Of a stretch of DNA of 64,000 nucleotides, positions 31,303 through 41,375 are shown one piece after another. Every line of letters starts with the position of its first letter. Position 1 is the stretch's first letter. Under the pieces are notes generated by a model. It was given only the letters and a program-made list of their open reading frames with translations, had not been told where the DNA came from and did no database searches. This DNA is from Candidatus Melainabacteria bacterium RIFCSPHIGHO2_02_FULL_34_12. Lineage in GTDB: Bacteria; Cyanobacteriota; Vampirovibrionia; 2-02-FULL-35-15. The stretch lies in NCBI GenBank assembly GCA_001784555.1, contig MFRM01000020.1, positions 101,733-165,732 on the forward strand, given 5' to 3'. The position numbers and the translations under genes are program-made.

Positions 31303-34300
31303 TTAGTTTTGGGAGCCCTGAAACACATTAGTAGGAGTTGAAGTTTTTCCTGGTATCAGGATTTCAACTTTAATTTCAGGCATCATATTGGAAATATTTT
31401 TTATGAGATTTTCGCCTGGCTCAACCCAAAGTTTTCGATCAAGCATAAGCCTGGTGGTTTTATTCTCCTTTGTGGTTTCGATAAAAATCGGACAAAACTG
31501 ATTGGGTTTTTCTTTTTGAAGAATACTTCTTAGTGAATGAATGGTGGTATAAGTATCATTATTCAATGAAACTTTCTCAGGTATTTTTATAAGAAGAAAT
31601 TTTAAATCTTCCAATGGATGTAATGCTTTAATTTGAAGGCTTATATTACCTTCGCTTTTTTGTTGCAGTCTGCCTATAATTGCAAGAGTCGTTTCTGGTA
31701 CAAGAAATTCTCCAAACTGTGCTAGCTGATCAGAAAAAATCACAGCTTCTACTTTTCCTAACATATCTTCTAACTGTACAATTCCAATAATTTTATTTGT
31801 TTTTGTCAGTCTTTTATTTACCTCACTAACAACAGCAACTGTCAGAATCTCAGTATTGTCTGGTATTTCATGTATTTCCGAGAGATTACAGGATGCAATT
31901 TTTAAAACATAGTCCGGTACATTTTCAAGTGGATGGCTTGAAATGTAAAAACCGGTGAGCTCTTTTTCCATAAGTTGAAGTTCTTTCTGGGAAAATTCTC
32001 CTATATCACTATGGGTTTTTCCGCTCCCATTTAAATTTTCGATAAATTCTGAAGGAGCCCCAAATAGATTTAACTGACCGCTGGATGAAAGCTCTTTTCT
32101 TCTTTGACTAAGGCCCACTGTTTCTTCAAGAGATTCAATTAGATATTTTCTGTTTTGTTTCAGAGAATCAAATGCACCGGATTTAATTAACGATTCCAAA
32201 GTTTTTTTATTTGCAGCTCTTAAATCAATCAGTGAACAGAACTCTGATAAAGACTTAAATGTTCCGTTTTCTGATCTAGCCCTGATTATTTCGTTTACTG
32301 CTGGAATACCTACGTTTTTAATTGCAGCAAGTCCAAATCTGATTGAATTGTTCTGAATGTCTGCAGTAAAGTTTACTCCGGATAAATTTATATCTGGCGG
32401 TAGAATCAAAATCCCCATTTTTTTACATTCTGCCATGTAATATTTTATTTTGTCCTGATCATCTAGAACACTTGAAAGAAGTGCTGTCATGTATTCAATA
32501 GGATAATTAGCTTTTAAATATGCTGTTTGATAAGTAAGCATTCCGTAAGCTGCACTGTGTGATTTATTGAAACAATATTCTGCAAAGCTAACCATCATGT
32601 CATAAATTTCTTCAGCAAGTTTTGTATCGTATTTATTTTGTTTAAATCCGTCGATAAACTTGAGCCTGTATTTTGCCATTTCTTTGGGTTTCTTTTTACC
32701 CATTGCCTGACGCAAGAGATCGGCCTCTCCCAGGGTAAAGTTTGCCAGCTTAACAGCAATTTGCATGATTTGTTCCTGGTAAACAATAGAACCATAGGTA
32801 TCTTTTAAAATCGGTTCAATGGCAGGAAGCAAATAACGGATTTCTCTCTTGCCATTTTTTCTGTCTATAAATTCATTAATCATTCCGGTATCCAGGGGAC
32901 CTGGTCTGAAAAGTGCAATTAATGCAGATAAATCTTCAATGGTAGATGGCTTCATATCACGGGCTACTTGCTTCATCCCTGTGGAAGTTTCAAGCTGGAA
33001 GATACCTGCAAGTTGTCCTTCAGAAATCATCTTAAACACTTTTGAATCGTCAAGTGGAATTGATAAAAGATCTATTGTTTGGTTTCTTGTTTGCTTAATT
33101 ATTTCAATTGCTCTGTTTATCATGGTCAGGTTTCTAAGTCCTAAAAAGTCCATCTTTAAAAGCCCAAGATAAGCAAGATCATCCATGCTGTACTGTGTAA
33201 TTATGGTACCTTCATTGTTTTTTGAAAGCGGTACAATTTCTTTAAGGGGTTTATCAGAGATAACTACACCTGCAGCATGAACTCCAAATGTTTTATTAAC
33301 ACCTTCGATTTTTTCAGCAAGACTGACAATTTCTTTTACTTCAACGTTTGATTTATTTAACTCTTTAAATTCCTCATGATTTTCCTTCATCCAGGACAAT
33401 TCTCTGGGCTTACCTCTTACTACAGGAATTAGTTTTGCTATTTTTTCTGATTCACTGTACGGATAATCTAAAACTCTTGCAATGTCTTTAATTACTGCTC
33501 TTGAGGCAAGTTTGTTAAAGGTAATTATTTGTGCAACCCGATCTGTACCATATTTGTTTTTTACATATTCAAGTACTTCGTCACGCCTTTCTATACAAAA
33601 ATCAGTATCAATATCAGGCAGTGATTTTCTTTCTGGATTTAAAAACCTTTCAAAAAGCAAGTTATACTTCAGCGGGTCTATGTCTGTAATTCTTAATGCA
33701 AATGCCACAATAGAACCTGCTGCTGAGCCTCTTCCTGGTCCTACAGCAATACCGTTATCCTTTGCATATTTAATGAAATCCCATACAATTAAAAAATAAT
33801 TTGCAAAACCCAGATTAAAAATTACTTCAAGCTCATGTTCTGTTCTTTCCTTAATTTCAGGTGTAGTGTTTTTATATCTTTTTTCAATTCCTTCCCAGAC
33901 AAGCTTAGAAAGAAATTTTTCTTTTGTATAGCCTTCCGGAAGCGGATATTCCGGTAAGCGCATAAACGTTTCTGACAGAATATTATATCCTTCAATTTTT
34001 TCTGTAATCTCAAGAGGAGACATTAAAACTGCTTGTCTAATTGATTCGTTATCAAGCTGATCAGAGAAAAGCCTAAGCATTTCATTCCCATTTTTTACAT
34101 ATTCAGTTCCTGTGAAATGCATCCTGGGAAAGTCTTTTACAAGTTTATTAGTCTGAAGACATAACATTGCATCCTGTGCTATTGCATCTTCTTTATTTGT
34201 AAAATGACTGTCGTTAGTGGCTACAATTTTAAGATTTAATTCTTTTGCAAGTTTTACCATTTGAGGATTTACAAACTTTTCCTCAATTAAGCCATGATCC

Positions 34301-34839
34301 TGAATCTCAAGATAGAAATCTTCTCCAAAAATATTTTTATATATGCCTGCAATTTCACGTGCTCTTTCATATTCTCCTTTTAAAATTGTATTTGGAACTT
34401 CCCCTCCAAGACAGGCTGTAAGTGCTACTAATCCTTTACTGTGCTTTTCAAGAAACTCTTTGTTAACTCTTGGTTTGTAATAAAAACCATTTAAATTACT
34501 TTCAGTAACAATTTTTGAGAGATTAACATAGCCTATATCATTTTTTGCCAGTAGAATAAGATGATAAAGTGGGTTTCGTGTGGTTTTATCAAGGTGATCC
34601 CCATTTACAATATAGGTCTCACATCCTATTATTGGTTTTATTCCCTCACTTTTAGCTGCCCGGAATAACTCAGTAGCGCCATACATCACTCCATGGTCTG
34701 TTATTGCAAGGGCTGGAATATTATTTAGCTTAGCTTTTTTAATTAAATCTTTTATTTTGCTTGTACCGTCTAACAAGCTATATTCAGTATGTAGGTGCAA
34801 TGGAACATGCTGTGGAATATCCTTAATGTCTGTTTCCAT
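31303..34839 (-). CDS. dnaE: DNA polymerase III alpha subunit
   Basis: LHLHTEYSLLDG PHP domain, GPGRGSAAGS, PDIDTDF, CFNKSHS; single uninterrupted ORF. Confidence 0.97.
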   Translation of the reverse strand: METDIKDIPQHVPLHLHTEYSLLDGTSKIKDLIKKAKLNNIPALAITDHGVMYGATELFRAAKSEGIKPIIGCETYIVNGDHLDKTTRNPLYHLILLAKNDIGYVNLSKIVTESNLNGFYYKPRVNKEFLEKHSKGLVALTACLGGEVPNTILKGEYERAREIAGIYKNIFGEDFYLEIQDHGLIEEKFVNPQMVKLAKELNLKIVATNDSHFTNKEDAIAQDAMLCLQTNKLVKDFPRMHFTGTEYVKNGNEMLRLFSDQLDNESIRQAVLMSPLEITEKIEGYNILSETFMRLPEYPLPEGYTKEKFLSKLVWEGIEKRYKNTTPEIKERTEHELEVIFNLGFANYFLIVWDFIKYAKDNGIAVGPGRGSAAGSIVAFALRITDIDPLKYNLLFERFLNPERKSLPDIDTDFCIERRDEVLEYVKNKYGTDRVAQIITFNKLASRAVIKDIARVLDYPYSESEKIAKLIPVVRGKPRELSWMKENHEEFKELNKSNVEVKEIVSLAEKIEGVNKTFGVHAAGVVISDKPLKEIVPLSKNNEGTIITQYSMDDLAYLGLLKMDFLGLRNLTMINRAIEIIKQTRNQTIDLLSIPLDDSKVFKMISEGQLAGIFQLETSTGMKQVARDMKPSTIEDLSALIALFRPGPLDTGMINEFIDRKNGKREIRYLLPAIEPILKDTYGSIVYQEQIMQIAVKLANFTLGEADLLRQAMGKKKPKEMAKYRLKFIDGFKQNKYDTKLAEEIYDMMVSFAEYCFNKSHSAAYGMLTYQTAYLKANYPIEYMTALLSSVLDDQDKIKYYMAECKKMGILILPPDINLSGVNFTADIQNNSIRFGLAAIKNVGIPAVNEIIRARSENGTFKSLSEFCSLIDLRAANKKTLESLIKSGAFDSLKQNRKYLIESLEETVGLSQRRKELSSSGQLNLFGAPSEFIENLNGSGKTHSDIGEFSQKELQLMEKELTGFYISSHPLENVPDYVLKIASCNLSEIHEIPDNTEILTVAVVSEVNKRLTKTNKIIGIVQLEDMLGKVEAVIFSDQLAQFGEFLVPETTLAIIGRLQQKSEGNISLQIKALHPLEDLKFLLIKIPEKVSLNNDTYTTIHSLRSILQKEKPNQFCPIFIETTKENKTTRLMLDRKLWVEPGENLIKNISNMMPEIKVEILIPGKTSTPTNVFQGSQN

Positions 34840-34857
34840 AGCGACATTCTAACATTC

Positions 34858-35289
34858 TTATTTCTTTGCTAATTTTGCGTCTAATCCCCAGACTCTTCCA
34901 GCACCATTTGCAAATGCTGCAAATTGAGAAAAGATTAAAATGATGTTTACAAATTGGGAAGGAATAGTAGTGGCCACAAAATAATAATTTAAGTTCATAA
35001 ATATTCCGACAAAAGCTGCAATTCCCAATGGAAATCCAATAAGAAATGATATACCAGTTAATATTTCTCCCCATACAGTAAGCTGTGCAAAAATCTGAGA
35101 GTTTGGCATTATATATTGATTTAAAAAAGATGAATAAAATTCAAATGGTGAGTTCTTTGCAAAACTAGATAGTGTTCCTGGAAATGAACTTATGAATTCT
35201 TTGTTAAAAAGTTTACTTAACCCTGTGCTAAGCCAAATGTAACTTATTGAAAGTCGAAGTAATAATAGTGATAATTCGTTAAGTCTCAT
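34858..35289 (-). CDS. DoxX/TQO-like membrane protein
   Basis: LLRL..SYIWL..G..K, GE...G, GAGRVWGLD. Confidence 0.8.
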   Translation of the reverse strand: MRLNELSLLLLRLSISYIWLSTGLSKLFNKEFISSFPGTLSSFAKNSPFEFYSSFLNQYIMPNSQIFAQLTVWGEILTGISFLIGFPLGIAAFVGIFMNLNYYFVATTIPSQFVNIILIFSQFAAFANGAGRVWGLDAKLAKK

Positions 35290-35297
35290 GAATAAAC

Positions 35298-35549
35298 CTA
35301 AGCAGGAAGAACGTTAACTAGTTGTTTCCCTCTTCGTTTTTCAAATTGCACAAACCCATCAGAAAGTGCAAATAAGGTATGATCTCTTCCTATTCCTACA
35401 TTATTTCCAGGGTGATATTTCGTACCTCTTTGTCTGATTATAATATTTCCAGCAATGACCTTTTCGCTACCATAAGCCTTAACTCCTAAATATTTGGGGT
35501 TGCTGTCTCTGCCATTTCTTGTTGAACCTACGCCTTTTTTTGATGCCAT
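35298..35549 (-). CDS. rpmA: 50S ribosomal protein L27
   Basis: [23 protein letters not shown]. Confidence 0.98.
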   Translation of the reverse strand: MASKKGVGSTRNGRDSNPKYLGVKAYGSEKVIAGNIIIRQRGTKYHPGNNVGIGRDHTLFALSDGFVQFEKRRGKQLVNVLPA

Positions 35550-35565
35550 TTTTTCTCCTAACAGC

Positions 35566-36000
35566 TTATTTAGTTGCTTTTTTCTTTACTTTTGTGCTTT
35601 TTTCTTTTGAAGTATCTTCTGTGTCTGTTTTAATCTCTTCTTTTTTTACTTTAGCTTTTCTTTCTTCTGCTTTTGAAAGTACTTTACCATCCAGTTCAAT
35701 ACTTTCAATAAAAACTCTTGAGTAAAATTGTCTGTGACCGAATTTTTTTCTGGTACCTTTTTTAGGTCTCATTTTATAAACAATTACTTTATCGTCTTTG
35801 CCAGCTTCTATTACTTCACCTTTTACAGATGCACCGCTTATGTATGGACTTCCAACTTTGGATTCTTTTCCGTTTACCAGCATAAGAACATTATTAAGAG
35901 AGACCTTTGAGCCTTTATCTTCTGGGATTTTTTCAATATCAATAAAGCGGCCAGCTGCGGCTTTTATTTGTTTTCCACCTGTTTCAAGTATTGCAAACAT
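35566..36000 (-). CDS. rplU: 50S ribosomal protein L21 with charged C-terminal extension
   Basis: [15 protein letters not shown]; next to rpmA. Confidence 0.95.
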   Translation of the reverse strand: MFAILETGGKQIKAAAGRFIDIEKIPEDKGSKVSLNNVLMLVNGKESKVGSPYISGASVKGEVIEAGKDDKVIVYKMRPKKGTRKKFGHRQFYSRVFIESIELDGKVLSKAEERKAKVKKEEIKTDTEDTSKEKSTKVKKKATK

Positions 36001-36023
36001 AGGGTTTTTATTTTAACATGCTT

Positions 36024-36506
36024 TTATGTATATTTACTTTTTGCTTCTTTAATTGATCTTTGTAATTCTTTTTTCTTAATGGCTTCTCTTTTGTCATACA
36101 TCTTTTTGCCTTTGCCAAGCCCGAGTTCAAGTTTTGCCCAGTTCTTTGAAAAGTAAATTTTAAGAGGGATTAAGTTCACATTTTTTTCTTTTACTTTCGA
36201 GTAAATTTTTAATATTTCTTTCTTATTTAAAAGCAATTTCCGCTTTCTTAAAGGAGTGTGATTAAATCTGTTTCCAAACTGATAAGGTGAAATATGACAG
36301 TTATATAACCAAACTTCTCCTTTCTCAATTTTTGCATAGCTGTCTTTTAGCTGTGCTCTGCCTGTACGAATAGATTTCACTTCTGTACCGGTCAATGCTA
36401 TTCCACAAGTAATTGAATCTTCAATGAAAAAATCATGACGTGCTTTTCGATTCTCGATTACTACTGATTGTCTTTTTGATTTCGATTTATTTTTTTTGGA
36501 TGGCAT
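36024..36506 (-). CDS. smpB: SsrA-binding protein
   Basis: NRKARHDF, LTGTEVKSIR, RKLLL, GKK.YDKR. Confidence 0.96.
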   Translation of the reverse strand: MPSKKNKSKSKRQSVVIENRKARHDFFIEDSITCGIALTGTEVKSIRTGRAQLKDSYAKIEKGEVWLYNCHISPYQFGNRFNHTPLRKRKLLLNKKEILKIYSKVKEKNVNLIPLKIYFSKNWAKLELGLGKGKKMYDKREAIKKKELQRSIKEAKSKYT

Positions 36507-36520
36507 AATTAACGATTATA

Positions 36521-36548
36521 GTAGAGGCGTTGCATGCAACGCCTCTAC
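36521..36548. repeat. Perfect 28-bp GTAG palindrome between pyrH and smpB
   Basis: GTAGAGGCGTTGCA|TGCAACGCCTCTAC. Confidence 0.9.
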
Positions 36549-36567
36549 ATAACAAGAATGTTGTTGA

Positions 36568-37311
36568 TTACCCCTTCTGTGGCTGAAGATTAGTGCCTAT
36601 TAAGGTTCCTACTTTTTCACCCTGAACGATTTGTTTAATTAATCCTTTTGAGCTGAAGTCAAAAACAATAATTGGAATATTGCTTTCTTGTGCAAGAGCG
36701 ACTGCAGCTGCATCTATGACTTTTAATTCTTTACTTAGAACTTCGTTATAAGTTAAATTACTATATTTTTTAGCTGTGGAATTTTTCTTAGGATCGCTGT
36801 CATAAACACCATCTACGCCATGTTTGGCCATAAGCAGAACATTGGCATCAATTTCAGCTGCTCTTAGAGCTGCAGTGGTATCTGTAGTAAAAAATGGATT
36901 ACCTGTGCCTGCTGCAAATATTACTACTCTTCCTTTTTCAAGGTGTCTGACTGCTCTTCTTCTTATATAAGGTTCAGCAATTGCTCTCATTTCAATAGCT
37001 GACTGAACTCTGGTGTTTACATTTAACGATTCTAAAACTCCTTGCAGAACAAGACTGTTCATTACTGTGGCAAGCATTCCGATGTAATCTGCTGCTGCAC
37101 GATCCATTCCTAGGGCAGCGCTGGATTGCACCCCGCGAAAAATATTTCCTCCGCCAACGACAATGGCTATTTGTACTCCAAGCTCATGTGCACTTTTAAC
37201 TTCCTGTGCTATTTGATTTACAATTCTTGGATCAATTCCTGAGGATTGATTACCCATTAAAGCTTCGCCGGATAATTTAAGTAAGATTCTTTGATAAACA
37301 AACTTTGACAT
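36568..37311 (-). CDS. pyrH: Uridylate kinase
   Basis: [26 protein letters not shown]. Confidence 0.97.
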   Translation of the reverse strand: MSKFVYQRILLKLSGEALMGNQSSGIDPRIVNQIAQEVKSAHELGVQIAIVVGGGNIFRGVQSSAALGMDRAAADYIGMLATVMNSLVLQGVLESLNVNTRVQSAIEMRAIAEPYIRRRAVRHLEKGRVVIFAAGTGNPFFTTDTTAALRAAEIDANVLLMAKHGVDGVYDSDPKKNSTAKKYSNLTYNEVLSKELKVIDAAAVALAQESNIPIIVFDFSSKGLIKQIVQGEKVGTLIGTNLQPQKG

Positions 37312-37342
37312 TGTTAAATTGTTAAGTTGGTAAATTGTTAAC
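37311..37342. repeat. 4x 8-bp TTGTTAAN tandem repeat filling the tsf-pyrH spacer
   Basis: ttgttaaa ttgttaag ttggtaaa ttgttaac. Confidence 0.75.
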
Positions 37343-38268
37343 TAAGATATACCCACTGTGGTTTTTTGACTATCATTTGAAGATTTTTCAAATGTCTCAC
37401 CAACATTGTAACGTATAAATTGAGCTACACGAATATCGGTATTTAATTGTTTGCTTTTATCTTTAATTAATTTTTCAATTGTTATGGTTTGATCTTTAAT
37501 ATATGGCTGATCCAGAAGGCATCTTTGAGCAAGTATTTTATCCAGCCTTCCCTTTACAATTTTTTCTGCTATTTCTTTTGGTTTATTAGCTAAGTCTTCT
37601 TTACCCAGTTCAATTCTTTTTTCGTTTTCTATAATGTCTTGTGGAATTTTTGTTTTATCAATATATTCTGCCTGAGGCTGAGCAGCTGCAATGTGCATTG
37701 CAATGTCTCTTGCCAGTTGTTCCAGCTCAGCTGATGTTGCATTTGAACTTGCAGTTAGTTTTACCAACACTCCGATTTTGTTTCCTACAGGATGTATATA
37801 AGTTCCTATGATTCCTTCATCGCTGTTTAATTCATAAAGCTCATATCTTCTGATTTGTATATTTTCTCCAATGGTTGCAATTCTGCTTGAAATTAAATCA
37901 GATATAGATGCTCCGCCTGCTTTAATATTTAATAAATTATCAATGGACTTTGATTTGTTTGTTAATATACAGTCTAATATAGTTCTAGACAGTTCAACAA
38001 ACAGTTCGTTTTTTGCTACAAAATCAGTCTGTGTATTTATCTCAAGGATGGCTCCTGTTTTCTTATCGTTTGAAATTTTGCTAGCCACAATACCTTCAAG
38101 AGCAGCTTTTTCTGCTTTTTTTGCAGCTGCAACCAATCCTTTTTGTCTTAAAAGTTCCCCAGCTTTTTCAATATTACCATTGGCTTCAGTAAGAGCATTC
38201 TTACACTCCATCATGCCAGCACCTGTTTTTTGTCTGAGGTTAGCTACGTCTTTTGCAGTGAATGCCAT
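37342..38268 (-). CDS. tsf: Elongation factor Ts
   Basis: LRQKTGAGMMECK, QTDFVAKN. Confidence 0.97.
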   Translation of the reverse strand: MAFTAKDVANLRQKTGAGMMECKNALTEANGNIEKAGELLRQKGLVAAAKKAEKAALEGIVASKISNDKKTGAILEINTQTDFVAKNELFVELSRTILDCILTNKSKSIDNLLNIKAGGASISDLISSRIATIGENIQIRRYELYELNSDEGIIGTYIHPVGNKIGVLVKLTASSNATSAELEQLARDIAMHIAAAQPQAEYIDKTKIPQDIIENEKRIELGKEDLANKPKEIAEKIVKGRLDKILAQRCLLDQPYIKDQTITIEKLIKDKSKQLNTDIRVAQFIRYNVGETFEKSSNDSQKTTVGIS

Positions 38269-38272
38269 GTTT

Positions 38273-39097
38273 TTAGGTTGCTTCCTGTTCTTGTGGAATT
38301 GCTGTAGCTATTATTTCCTGTACTAATTTTACAGGAGATTGTTTTAGATTTGTGTTAGATAGTTTTTTTGAAAATCCGTTTTTACTTGCAGATGATTTAT
38401 GTACATCAGGAATCTGACCTTCGTGACCTTCGATAATTGCATTTGCAACTATGCCAGTGATTAATTTTACTGACCTGATTGAATCGTCATTACCGGGAAT
38501 AGGATAATCGATTCCTTCAGGATCACAATTCGAGTCTATCATTGCTGTAACTTTTACACCCATTTGTTTGGCTTCTTTAATAGCAATTTGTTCTTCCTGC
38601 TGATCAATTACAAATAAAATATCAGCTTTTCCTCTCATGTTTTTAATTCCACCCAGAGTTTTTTGGAGTTTATCAAGTTCTTTGTTAAAAACAGAAAGCT
38701 CTTTTTTGTTTGTATGTGCAAGGGTTCCGCTTTCCTCCATTTCTTCCAGTTCTCTTAGTCTGTTTAGTCTTTGTCTGATGGTGTCAAAATTTGTCAGAAG
38801 TCCACCTAGCCATCTTCTGTTTATATAAAATGCTCCGCATCTAATAGCTTCTTCTTTAACGATTTCTGAAATATGTCTTTTTGTGCCGACAAAAATAATG
38901 TTTTTTTTCTGTGAAGCTGCTTCTTTTAAAAATGTACATGCTTTTTCAAGAAGATCAGTGGTTTTAATAAGATTAATTATGCATACCCCGTTTTTATCTC
39001 CATAAATGTAAGGTTGCATTTTTGGATTCCATTTTTTTCTTAGGTGTCCCAAATGAACACCGGCTTCTAATAGATCTTTTATTTCTACAGTTTGCAT
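38273..39097 (-). CDS. rpsB: 30S ribosomal protein S2
   Basis: LLEAGVHLGH, WNPKM, RWLGGLLTN, PGNDDSIRS. Confidence 0.97.
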   Translation of the reverse strand: MQTVEIKDLLEAGVHLGHLRKKWNPKMQPYIYGDKNGVCIINLIKTTDLLEKACTFLKEAASQKKNIIFVGTKRHISEIVKEEAIRCGAFYINRRWLGGLLTNFDTIRQRLNRLRELEEMEESGTLAHTNKKELSVFNKELDKLQKTLGGIKNMRGKADILFVIDQQEEQIAIKEAKQMGVKVTAMIDSNCDPEGIDYPIPGNDDSIRSVKLITGIVANAIIEGHEGQIPDVHKSSASKNGFSKKLSNTNLKQSPVKLVQEIIATAIPQEQEAT

Positions 39098-39242
39098 CTT
39101 AAAAAGTGTATTTTCCCCTTTATTTGTTTTTAATATTCAACGGACAAGCCATAATGAATTATAACTTGGTCATTTTACCACGCAAAATATTTGGAATAAC
39201 AAATATTATTTTTTAAAGTAAGATACTTATCCCTGCAAATTA

Positions 39243-39773
39243 TTAATGATATGGTACGAAATCATTAGGATTAAACGGTACTGCAATAGGTCCTGATAAA
39301 TACCTGTTTTGTATTTCAGGTGAAAAATTAGCCAGGTCTTCTCTTTGAAGTTCAATATTAAACATTGTTTGTCCCCTGGTAATAAATACCTTTACTTTGG
39401 TTCCAGGTTTTCCTGAGAGCATTTGATATACACCATCTGATGTAAGATAATCTGTTCTCGTTCCATCAATTGCAAAAATTAAATCTCTGGGTTTTAATCC
39501 TGCTCTGCTAGCTGGTGAATTTGGATAAACCTGTTCTACAAATGATGAATAACCTGTTTGATGTATGAACTTTAAACCAATTACTCCGATACCTGTTAAT
39601 GGTTTTACTTTAGTAATGTCTTCTCTGATGTTTCCTTTTAAAGTCACGCCTTGATTATTTTCTTCTTGAAGCCAGGGAGGCAATTTAAGATCAAGTTCTT
39701 TAATTGCAAAAGCATTGCTATTTAAACTTAAAGCAAATATAAAAGATAACAAAAAGTAATAGTAGTATTTCAT
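39243..39773 (-). CDS. Exported PDZ-domain protein
   Basis: Signal peptide, GVIGLKF, NSPASRAGLKPRD.I. Confidence 0.8.
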   Translation of the reverse strand: MKYYYYFLLSFIFALSLNSNAFAIKELDLKLPPWLQEENNQGVTLKGNIREDITKVKPLTGIGVIGLKFIHQTGYSSFVEQVYPNSPASRAGLKPRDLIFAIDGTRTDYLTSDGVYQMLSGKPGTKVKVFITRGQTMFNIELQREDLANFSPEIQNRYLSGPIAVPFNPNDFVPYH

Positions 39774-39866
39774 AGTCTTATAACCTATAGAATTTAGATC
39801 CTTAACATTAAAGAATTATTAAACCCCTGAAATTTGGTTCAAAAAGTTTTATATCCCCTATTTGTA

Positions 39867-40085
39867 CTATATCGGCTCTTTTTGTTTGGTCTGTATTTTA
39901 ATAGCTTCAATTAAATCATTAGGAGTGATAAACCCATGTTCTAGTAGTATTTGCCCTACTGGTTTGTGTTCTTTTCCTTGGAAATCGAGTTCTTGTTGTT
40001 CATTCAGAGCAATTTTTAACTGTTCTTCGGTGAGTACCCCAAGACTTATTAAAATTTCACCGAGTAAATATTTTTTCTGTGTCAT
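39867..40085 (-). CDS. Stand-alone MshEN-like (putative c-di-GMP-binding) protein
   Basis: Two tandem (L/V)GxILxxxGxxTxxxLxxAxxxQ motifs. Confidence 0.75.
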   Translation of the reverse strand: MTQKKYLLGEILISLGVLTEEQLKIALNEQQELDFQGKEHKPVGQILLEHGFITPNDLIEAIKIQTKQKEPI

Positions 40086-40255
40086 TTCTTAATAGCTTAA
40101 CCAATATTTTTCAATGTTGCAACTTTATATAAATTCCTGCTCAGGGAAAATTGCTTTACTAAGTTATGTTCCCATATATAATTAGTTTAAAGCAACTTCT
40201 CGGGTTTTCTCAATATGCTAGGGGCAACCTTTCAAGAAGCTATCTTACTGTAAGA

Positions 40256-40342
40256 GCCATTAGGTATACCCAAAAATTTAACTTATGGCTGCTTAGTTTC
40301 CTACCTGACCAGGTTCACTGAATCTTTGCCATACCTAACAGC
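40256..40342 (-). ncRNA. ffs: SRP RNA (4.5S)
   Basis: Minus strand GAACCTGGTCAGGTAGGAAACTAAGCAGCC domain-IV motif; terminal stem GCTGTTAGGTAT/ATACCTAATGGC; ends approximate. Confidence 0.88.
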
Positions 40343-40349
40343 GGTTATT

Positions 40350-40355
40350 ATTATA
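40350..40355 (-). promoter_or_regulatory. -10 box (TATAAT) of SRP RNA gene
   Basis: Consensus TATAAT 7 nt upstream of the predicted 5' end. Confidence 0.55.
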
Positions 40356-40458
40356 GCTCAAGACAGCTTGAGCTTCCATGGGTCAATCTTCTTACTTAGT
40401 ATTATTGATAAAATAAGCAAGGCGAAAAGATATAGTAAAAAATGATTAATATCTATCT

Positions 40459-41310
40459 ATGAATGAAGCAATATCAGTAATAATGCCAGCATTTAATTCT
40501 CAGGATTATATTGTAAGAGCTGTCAAAAGTGTCTTAAGTCAAACATATCAGAATTTTGAATTGATTATTATTTCAGATGATTTATTTGATTACAAACAAT
40601 TTTTAGAGTCGAAAGGGATCATTAATAAACGAATTAAGTATTTTAATACAGGGAAGTATAAAACCAGTCCGTCATTTGCTAGAAACATTGGCTTATCACT
40701 TGTAAAGAACAATATTGTTGCAGTATTGGACAGTGATGATACTTTCATTCCTGAAAAGCTTCAATTACTGCTTCCAAAAGTGATTGATTATGGGGTTGCT
40801 ACATGTGCTTTAAACTATAGAAAACCTGATGAAACATTAATAACAACTATTGGTGATGATGCAAACCAAAATATACTCACAGCAGATACTTTTCCATTTG
40901 TTAATTTTGGAGGCAATAGCATGATAGTTCTTGACATAGAAAAAATCCCCATTAAATTTTGTGAAATCTATCCGGTAATGGAAGATCTGGTTTTTGTTAT
41001 GAGTTGTTTTGATTATGTTGAAGAAATATATCACCATTCTAAACCATTACATAACTACTATTTTTCTTCTACATCACTTAGCAATAATCAAAACACAAAC
41101 AATTTGTTTATTGATACAAAAAAAGAGATGATTAAACAAATTGATTTGAGTTTATTTCCTGTAAAAAATGCAATTGCACAAAAATCAACTAAACAATTCC
41201 TTGAAATCTCCATAGATTGCGAGACTAAATTTTCTAAGCTTAAACAAAAAAATAAAGAAGCAGCATTTATTCCCTTTTTAAAAGAAACACTAAAATCATA
41301 TGTAAGTTAA
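40459..41310 (+). CDS. Glycosyltransferase family 2
   Basis: ISVIMPAFN, SVLSQTY.NFELIII, ARN.G, LDSDD. Confidence 0.88.
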   Translation: MNEAISVIMPAFNSQDYIVRAVKSVLSQTYQNFELIIISDDLFDYKQFLESKGIINKRIKYFNTGKYKTSPSFARNIGLSLVKNNIVAVLDSDDTFIPEKLQLLLPKVIDYGVATCALNYRKPDETLITTIGDDANQNILTADTFPFVNFGGNSMIVLDIEKIPIKFCEIYPVMEDLVFVMSCFDYVEEIYHHSKPLHNYYFSSTSLSNNQNTNNLFIDTKKEMIKQIDLSLFPVKNAIAQKSTKQFLEISIDCETKFSKLKQKNKEAAFIPFLKETLKSYVS

Positions 41311-41375
41311 AGATCTAAAGCGAGATACGTCATTGCAATGACAGTTACCCGGAATATTGAACACACCATTTTACT

